A stretch of 64,000 nt of DNA from Longimicrobiales bacterium (lineage in GTDB: Bacteria; Gemmatimonadota; Gemmatimonadetes; Longimicrobiales; Gaopeijiaceae). The stretch is taken from positions 1,184,001-1,248,000 of the forward strand of contig OZ250165.1 in assembly GCA_965238005.1 (NCBI GenBank), read 5' to 3'. Below are positions 57,906-64,000 of this stretch, piece after piece (position 1 is the stretch's first letter; each line of letters starts with the position of its first letter). The notes below the pieces were generated by a model. It saw only the letters and a program-made list of their open reading frames with translations. It was not told the origin of the DNA and searched no databases. The position numbers and the translations under genes were made by a program.

Positions 57906-58748
57906 GTGAGAGACCTCGTGATCTCGATCATCAAGGTCGCCGTACTCGCGTATGTGGGCTACACGGTTCTCCTGTTCCTCATGCAGCGGCGAATGCTGTT
58001 TCCCGGCGGCGGGAGAGATGCCGGGCGGGACGCGTCCTCACCCGTCCCGCTGGGCGTGCACCGCGTCTGGCTGGAGCTGCCGGTGGGGCCGGTGGAGGCC
58101 TGGCACCTGGGCTCCGGACAGGGCGATAAACCGGGGCCGGCGCTCATCTTCGCCCACGGGAACGGGGAGCTCATCGACGACTGGACGAGCCTGTCGGAGC
58201 TGACCCCCTTCGGACTGAGCGTGCTGCTCATCGAGTTTCCGGGCTACGGCCTCTCGGCAGGTAAGACTTCCAGACGGGACCTCGGCGAGGCGTTCCAGGC
58301 CGGGTACGACTGGCTGGTGGGGCGCCCGGAGGTCGACCCCGAGCGCGTGGTGGTCATGGGGCGCTCCGTCGGGGGAGGGGTCGTCACCGATCTGGTGGCC
58401 ACCCGACCCGTCCGGGCGCTGATCCTCCAGTCCACGTTCAGCTCACTGTCGAGGATGGCGTGGGAGGGATACAGGGCCCCGGGTTTCCTCATCCGCGACG
58501 CGTTCGACAACGAGGCGGTCATTCGGTCCTTCGATGGGCCGGTGCTGCTCATGCACGGCCGCAGGGACGAGGTCATCCCCTTCACCCACGCGCGCGCGTT
58601 GGCCCGGGCTCGCCCGGACGCGAAGCTGATCGAGTGGGATTGTGGCCACAACGACTGTCCTCCGAGCTGGCGTGAGTTCATCGCGGATGTAGGGGACTTT
58701 CTCGTGGCGCACTCGGTGATCGAACGGGGCGGGGGTGGCGGGACGTGA
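57906..58748 (+). CDS. Membrane-anchored alpha/beta hydrolase (ABHD13/17-like)
   Basis: AHGNGE, PGYG, GRSVG, HGRRDEVIP and GHND motifs. Confidence 0.9.
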   Translation: MRDLVISIIKVAVLAYVGYTVLLFLMQRRMLFPGGGRDAGRDASSPVPLGVHRVWLELPVGPVEAWHLGSGQGDKPGPALIFAHGNGELIDDWTSLSELTPFGLSVLLIEFPGYGLSAGKTSRRDLGEAFQAGYDWLVGRPEVDPERVVVMGRSVGGGVVTDLVATRPVRALILQSTFSSLSRMAWEGYRAPGFLIRDAFDNEAVIRSFDGPVLLMHGRRDEVIPFTHARALARARPDAKLIEWDCGHNDCPPSWREFIADVGDFLVAHSVIERGGGGGT

Positions 58749-58795
58749 GTCGCGACGCGAGTGTTTCCGGAAGCCTGCGGGCGAAGAGGTTTTGA

Positions 58796-59734
58796 ATGCG
58801 AGATTGGAGCGCCTCCTCAAGGCAGGTTGATCGCCGCCCCAGTCACACCGCCGTCAAGATCGCCCGAGGCCTCGTCTTTCTCGGAGAGGACCCGGTGAAG
58901 GCCAAGCTCCTCCCGCCAGGCGCTGCCGAATCAACCTCACACCTCATGCTCGAGGCCGGGCTGCTCAAGCCCTGGATGGTCTCTCTTTACCGCCACCCCT
59001 GGTTCCAACGGTTGGTGTCACTCTTCGAACGCGCCACCATTAACGGCCAGATGACCGGGAGTGCTCTCCGGAAGCGATTCGTCGACGATGAGACCAGGGC
59101 CGGCATCGCCGACGGCGCCAGCCAGGTGCTGGTCGTGGGGTCCGGGTTCGACACTCTCTGCGAGCGGCTTGCTCCAGAGTTCCCGGACGTCACCTTCGTG
59201 GAAGTCGACCGCCCCGCTACGGCCAACCTCAAGCGACGCGCCGTAGCCGATATGGGAGCCAACCGACCCAACCTCCACATCCTCGACATCGACCTCGCGT
59301 CGGCCGCCCTCGCGGAAGCGCTGGCAGCCGTTCTGGAGTGGGATCGCGGTGCGCGGAGCGTCGTAGTGGCCGAAGGGGTCCTGATGTACATCCATGAGGC
59401 GGAGGTCGTGACGTTCTTCAACTCGATCCGATCCGGGTGCGGCGCCGGTACGCGTCTCGTGTTCACGTATCTGGGGACCGACAGAAAGGGCCGCCCCCAC
59501 GTGGGCAGGTTGAGCGGCCTAATGCGGCTCACGCTGAGGGTGATCGGGGAGCCGCTCCACTGGGGCACGAATCCGGATCGCCTGGAGGGATTCCTGGAAG
59601 AGCACGGATTCCGCGTGCTCTCTCCGCGGGACCGGTACGATCTCCGCCGGCGCTACCTGGAGCCCGCGGGCCTGGGAGACATGACCGAGTGGGGCGTGGA
59701 GTTCCTTTCGGTCGCCGAGGTCACACCGGCCTAG
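58796..59734 (+). CDS. LCM-family SAM-dependent methyltransferase
   Basis: RKRFVDD, VLVVGSGFDT, EVDRP and AEGVLMY motifs. Confidence 0.88.
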   Translation: MRDWSASSRQVDRRPSHTAVKIARGLVFLGEDPVKAKLLPPGAAESTSHLMLEAGLLKPWMVSLYRHPWFQRLVSLFERATINGQMTGSALRKRFVDDETRAGIADGASQVLVVGSGFDTLCERLAPEFPDVTFVEVDRPATANLKRRAVADMGANRPNLHILDIDLASAALAEALAAVLEWDRGARSVVVAEGVLMYIHEAEVVTFFNSIRSGCGAGTRLVFTYLGTDRKGRPHVGRLSGLMRLTLRVIGEPLHWGTNPDRLEGFLEEHGFRVLSPRDRYDLRRRYLEPAGLGDMTEWGVEFLSVAEVTPA

Positions 59735-59742
59735 GGAGCCGC

Positions 59743-60303
59743 CTACTCGGGCTCTTCCCCGAAGAGCTCGAGCACCACGGACTCGAAGGTCCTGAACAGG
59801 GTCGTCCCCGGCTCCTCCTGGGTTCTCTGGTTGAAGGCCCGGACCAGGGAGCGATAGTACCAGGCCTGCTGCTCCTTCGAGCGGCTGAACTTGGACCATG
59901 CCGCCTCTCCCACCGCGGCCAGGTCGTCGCGGGTGGCGCGGATGTTGTCGAGCTTGTCGGCGCAGGTCACCAGAACGACCTCCATTGGGGCCGATTGGAG
60001 GTGCTCGATGGTGTGCCTCTTCCGTTCCTCCCAGGGAGCGGTCTTGTCGGGCTCCGAGCAGCCCTCGACGATGTCGGCCACTGCGGGGCCGAACTCCCTG
60101 CGGAGATCCTCCAGGGTCACGTGCGTGTCCTCGACCGTATCGTGAAGCACCGCGGCCGCCACGAGATCCTCGTCGCACCCCAACTCCACCAGCGTCCAGG
60201 CGGTGGCGATGGGATGGAAGATGTAGGGGACCCGCCGTCCCTTCCGGTGTTGGCCGGCATGGGCCTGGACAGCGAACTCGATGGCTCTGAAGACCTTTTC
60301 CAT
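59743..60303 (-). CDS. Small alarmone hydrolase (Mesh1-like HD domain)
   Basis: HAGQHRK...PYIFHP, AAVLHDTVED and ADKLDN motifs; no synthetase domain. Confidence 0.88.
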   Translation of the reverse strand: MEKVFRAIEFAVQAHAGQHRKGRRVPYIFHPIATAWTLVELGCDEDLVAAAVLHDTVEDTHVTLEDLRREFGPAVADIVEGCSEPDKTAPWEERKRHTIEHLQSAPMEVVLVTCADKLDNIRATRDDLAAVGEAAWSKFSRSKEQQAWYYRSLVRAFNQRTQEEPGTTLFRTFESVVLELFGEEPE

Positions 60304-60527
60304 TCACACTTCCTGATCGCTGTACTTTCCCACCTTCAACCTGAGAGTGGAGTCTCGGGTGGAGATGAGAAAGGGGCGCAAGACTCACTTCACGCTTACC
60401 ACGCCCGGCGGGTGATGACGGTGGACCCGCAGGGCGGACGGCGTTTATCTTCCGCTCCGAGGGCCTTTCTGACAGTTCAGCGAGGCATGAGGCACAGCCT
60501 GGGACCTGAGAGGGGGTCATCCCAATC

Positions 60528-61865
60528 GTGCGACGCCTGCTCCTGATCCTGATCCTGGCCACGGCCGGCCTGCTGTTCTCCCGGGCCGAGTTCGACCCTG
60601 GAGACCTCACTGGTGAGCTCGAGATCCCGACCGTCGCTCCCCAGCCCGACCTAGAGGGCTCCGGCGTCGCTCCCGGACCCGAGACGGATCCGGACGCCCG
60701 CGAGTGGCGCGTCCTGGCCCTTATCGTCGAGGAGACCGATATCGAGACGCTGGGGGGCCGCCAGACGTCCCCACTCGAGACCGTTCGTTTCACCTCGGAC
60801 GAAAAGGCGCTGATCCGGGAAAAGCATGCGGAATTCGAGCTTTGGCTGGCGGAGACGGCGGGGGGCCGACTCAGGGCCGAGACCGACGTCCTCGAAGTCC
60901 CGGGCCCCCTAACGTCGCTGAGCCGCGCGCGCGGCGACCCGGAGTTCAGTGCCGTCGAGGACCTGGCGTACTGGGCCGGACCCGGGGACGTCGCACCCCT
61001 GGTCCAGGGCCGGTTTCCGGGGAGTCGATACCAGATGATCCTCGCCTGGGTGAAGCTCCCTGAAGGCGTCAGGCCGGGAGGCGGTGCACTCACCTCGCCG
61101 ACCATGCTTCGGGGCTCACCCTTCTCAAGCCACTTCTGGCTGCCGGGCCGCGTGTACACCCGGGACATGATGTTCGCGGGCGTCTCCCACGAGTTCTACC
61201 ACCAGATCACGTTCTGGCTCACGCGCTACCTCGATTACGATCCGGAGCTCTTCCCATCCAACCACCCCCCCAACACCATCACGGTGGATGGAGTAGAGCT
61301 GCTCCCCGCCGGCGAGACCAGGAGGCGGTGGTACACGCACGTTCTGAGCCGAGTGCTCGCGGATGAGATGTGGGATGCCATGCTCGAGTGGCAGCGTGGC
61401 GCCAGCATTTGGAATGACGCCAACCTCGCTTACGCTGCTCGACCCATCGGAGGCGCGGCCACGGGCGAAGTGCGCGATCTCGACAAGCTCAACGACGGAA
61501 GCCTGGGCAACAACAACCTCCGGGACGCCGCCACCAGCGATCCGCCGAGTCGACAACCCATCGAAGCGTGGTTCGGTCTGGAGTCGGGCGGGCCGACGAG
61601 ACTCTCCCGGGTCACGGCCTATCCCGGACTCCGCAGGACCGACGCCACGTACCTCGCCCGAAGCTTCGTCCTCGAGTACGAGATTGCCGGCCGATGGCGG
61701 GAGGTTCGGGGCACGCGCCGGTCCGGGAACGAGGAGATGAAGGTCGACCTCTCGTTCGCGCCCATCACGACCCAGAGGATCCGCTTGCGGATTTTCGAGC
61801 AGCGGCCCGACGAGCGAGGCAACTTCCACCGTGGGAGCTGTCTGGAGCTGGAGGCGTACCGGTGA
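60528..61865 (+). CDS. Exported protein with HExxH motif and C-terminal discoidin/F5-8-like domain
   Basis: Signal peptide; SHEFYH; NLA...LNDG...FAPITTQRIRLRI...ELEAY. Confidence 0.7.
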   Translation: MRRLLLILILATAGLLFSRAEFDPGDLTGELEIPTVAPQPDLEGSGVAPGPETDPDAREWRVLALIVEETDIETLGGRQTSPLETVRFTSDEKALIREKHAEFELWLAETAGGRLRAETDVLEVPGPLTSLSRARGDPEFSAVEDLAYWAGPGDVAPLVQGRFPGSRYQMILAWVKLPEGVRPGGGALTSPTMLRGSPFSSHFWLPGRVYTRDMMFAGVSHEFYHQITFWLTRYLDYDPELFPSNHPPNTITVDGVELLPAGETRRRWYTHVLSRVLADEMWDAMLEWQRGASIWNDANLAYAARPIGGAATGEVRDLDKLNDGSLGNNNLRDAATSDPPSRQPIEAWFGLESGGPTRLSRVTAYPGLRRTDATYLARSFVLEYEIAGRWREVRGTRRSGNEEMKVDLSFAPITTQRIRLRIFEQRPDERGNFHRGSCLELEAYR

Positions 61866-61924
61866 TGCTTAATGGTCCTCGCGTCAGAACCCCCACCTCT
61901 AGACGCCACAAAGCCGAGGCGACC

Positions 61925-62440
61925 ATGAGTAACGAGACGGCCCTTCGCGATCACCTGGTGAAGCTCCTCACGAGCGGCTGGGCGCACGTCACGCCGGAAG
62001 ACGGCATCGCCGGTGTGCCCCCCGACCAGCGCGGCGCTCGCCCACCCGGCCACCCGCACACGATCTGGCAGCTGCTTGAGCACCTCCGGATCTGCCAGGA
62101 CGACCTGGTGGAGTACAGCCGAGATCCGAACCACATCTCTCCGGACTTTCCGGATGGATATTGGCCCGAGTCTGACGCCCCCGAGGATGAGGAAGCATGG
62201 GAGGGGAGCGTGGCTGCCTTCAAGAATGGGCTCCAGGAGATGATCGCCCTCGTGTCCGATCCCACGAGGGACGTCTTCGAGACGCTTCCGTGGAGCGACG
62301 AGGACCACACGTTGCTCCGGGAGACGCTGATTCTGGCGGACCACAACGCGTACCACCTCGGACAGATCGTGCAGTTGAAGAAGGCGCTGGGGGTCGGACA
62401 GAACAATACGTGGGAGATGCCGGAACCTCCTCCTGTGTGA
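61925..62440 (+). CDS. DinB family protein
   Basis: HTIWQLLEHLR and ADHNAYHLGQIV motifs. Confidence 0.9.
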   Translation: MSNETALRDHLVKLLTSGWAHVTPEDGIAGVPPDQRGARPPGHPHTIWQLLEHLRICQDDLVEYSRDPNHISPDFPDGYWPESDAPEDEEAWEGSVAAFKNGLQEMIALVSDPTRDVFETLPWSDEDHTLLRETLILADHNAYHLGQIVQLKKALGVGQNNTWEMPEPPPV

Positions 62441-62593
62441 CCCGACTACCCAGCACGGCTAGCCGTCACTCCTCTCGGGGTGGGCCACACTCGACAGCAC
62501 GGGCGGGATCCTCCTTTTGCGCCTATGTTGGGGGCTGCCAGGGGCGCCGCCGATCGCGCGCCCGACTCAACCTGAGCATGTATGGAGATTCCC

Positions 62594-63028
62594 ATGAGCA
62601 ACGAATCGGATTTGCCACTCGACCGGAGGGACCACAGCGGCCTCGAACACCTCCGTCTGCGCAGTATATCGCCAGCGTTGACGGTTGGAGATATCGATGC
62701 GAGCCTCGCATGGTATCGAGACGTGGTTGGGTTCCATGTGCAAGAGACGTGGGAGCACGAGGGCAGGGTGGGGGGCGCCGCTCTCGCGGCTGGGACGGCC
62801 CGCCTCTTACTGGTTCAGGACGACTGGGCCAAGGGCCGCGACCGTGTGAAGGGTGAGGGGTTTCGGCTGCACATGGCCACGGCCGACGACGTGGACGAGA
62901 TCGCGGCTAGGATCGAGGAGCGGGGCGGCACGCTGGAGTCCCCACCGGCAGACCTGCCGTGGGGTCCGCGAGCGTTCAGCCTGGTGGACCCGGACGGCTT
63001 CAAAATGACGATCTCTTCGGAAGGTTGA
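62594..63028 (+). CDS. VOC/glyoxalase family protein
   Basis: LTVGDIDASLAWYRDVVGF and PWGPRAFSLVDPDG motifs. Confidence 0.9.
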   Translation: MSNESDLPLDRRDHSGLEHLRLRSISPALTVGDIDASLAWYRDVVGFHVQETWEHEGRVGGAALAAGTARLLLVQDDWAKGRDRVKGEGFRLHMATADDVDEIAARIEERGGTLESPPADLPWGPRAFSLVDPDGFKMTISSEG

Positions 63029-63173
63029 GCGGGCAGCCTTCTGGACGTCCGAGATCGCGTCGCCGCCGACCTAAACCCTGCCTACCAGCCAGCCGATACC
63101 GGGACTATCTTTGTGCGGCTTTCCAGCGGGGGCTCGTCGAGTCGAGCTCCGCGGACGACGCCGATCGCGAAGA

Positions 63174-63213
63174 GGGGCCATAGCTCAGTTGGGAGAGCGC
63201 TGGCTTTGCAAGC
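63174..63213 (+). pseudogene. 5' half of tRNA-Ala(UGC); T-arm and 3' acceptor strand absent
   Basis: GGGGCCA-TA-GCTCAGTTGGGAGAGC-G-CTGGC-TT-TGC-AA-GC, then unrelated sequence with no GTTCRA and no TGGCTCCACCA. Confidence 0.85.
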
Positions 63214-63298
63214 TCGGCCAGAAACCCCACGATTTCCCGATCCTCGTGGTGATCGTCGCCGACGCGCACCGGATGACGAAAGGACCTCAATGTCATGA

Positions 63299-64000
63299 AT
63301 GATGTGGAAGGTTAGACTCACCTATTTGCTCGTGCTTGTGCTCGCGCTTGTGCTCGCGCTTGGAGTCGCGGCTTGTAGTGAAGACGATGTGCCTCTCGGA
63401 CAGGTATCGAGACAACCGCCATTCGGAGGCACGATCTTCATCGACCCGGATATCATCACCTCCTCGGACCCGACCGCATTCGAGAGCCTATCGGCTGCCG
63501 GGCAGGGTTCTCGAACGATGTTCGACCGACGGGTCAACGACTGGATCACGGTCGACGCATACCTCTTCAACGCCAGCTACGACGACGGACTGACCGCAGA
63601 GATTCAGGTGAATCCCGAGTTCGGTGGTGTCGGTGCGGCACTGGCTGAGGCGGAGAAGTACGCAGAGGTGATCGGCCGAGTACCGACAGCGCTTCGTGCC
63701 GACGTAGAGACCGTATGGATCCACAGGGGCGTCGCGCTGTTCGGAGGCGGGAACAACAACCTGCTCATCCACATAGACCAGGCCGACCTTTACGTGGCAG
63801 ACGGCATACTGGAGGAAACACTTGTGCACGAGGCGGCGCACACGTCGCTCGACGCGGCCCATGCCTCTTCACCGGGTTGGCTCGCAGCCCAAGCCGCCGA
63901 TGCGAAGTTCATCTCCAGCTACGCACAGGACTTTCCGATCCGCGAGGATATGGCGGAGACCTTCGTGCCCTATCTGGCCGTCCGATACCGGTCAGATCGC
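63299..64000 (+). CDS. Lipoprotein with HEAAH zinc-binding motif (partial, runs off the window)
   Basis: MMWKVRLTYLLVLVLALVLALGVAAC; PPFGGTIFIDPDII, MFDRR, LVHEAAHTSLD, ISSYA...REDMAE. A 12-bp tandem repeat lies in the signal peptide. Confidence 0.8.
   Translation, partial: MMWKVRLTYLLVLVLALVLALGVAACSEDDVPLGQVSRQPPFGGTIFIDPDIITSSDPTAFESLSAAGQGSRTMFDRRVNDWITVDAYLFNASYDDGLTAEIQVNPEFGGVGAALAEAEKYAEVIGRVPTALRADVETVWIHRGVALFGGGNNNLLIHIDQADLYVADGILEETLVHEAAHTSLDAAHASSPGWLAAQAADAKFISSYAQDFPIREDMAETFVPYLAVRYRSDR

Noticed and set aside
57906..58748. Alpha/beta hydrolase as the missing MenH
   Set aside because: It has an N-terminal membrane anchor and ABHD13/17-type motifs (HGN, GRSVG) rather than MenH-type HGF and GYSMGGR.

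Overview
GC-rich bacterial chromosomal segment. Lineage is inferred, not shown: gene content (ADOP-type permease remnants, a GWxTD-like protein, many exported hydrolases) fits Gemmatimonadota or Acidobacteriota. Recognisable intact genes include chorismate mutase and pheA, tauD, two YtcJ-like amidohydrolases, lutABC divergent from a menF-D-B-A-E cluster (no menH or menC), tyrS, purE, a GreA/GreB factor, a GldA/F/G-like ABC module with DUF4340, a STAND-LuxR regulator and a Mesh1-like alarmone hydrolase. Between them lie more than a dozen truncated, fused or frameshifted gene remnants and a 5' half tRNA-Ala. The most interesting non-coding signals are (i) a self-contained minus-strand unit at about 38.7-39.0 kb, with promoter, hairpin-rich leader, a 13-nt perfect complement of the 16S 3' end, a 20-codon Ser-rich ORF and a strong terminator, and (ii) a probable leader-peptide attenuator upstream of the Phe biosynthesis genes. 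No CRISPR array, integrase, transposase or rRNA was seen.
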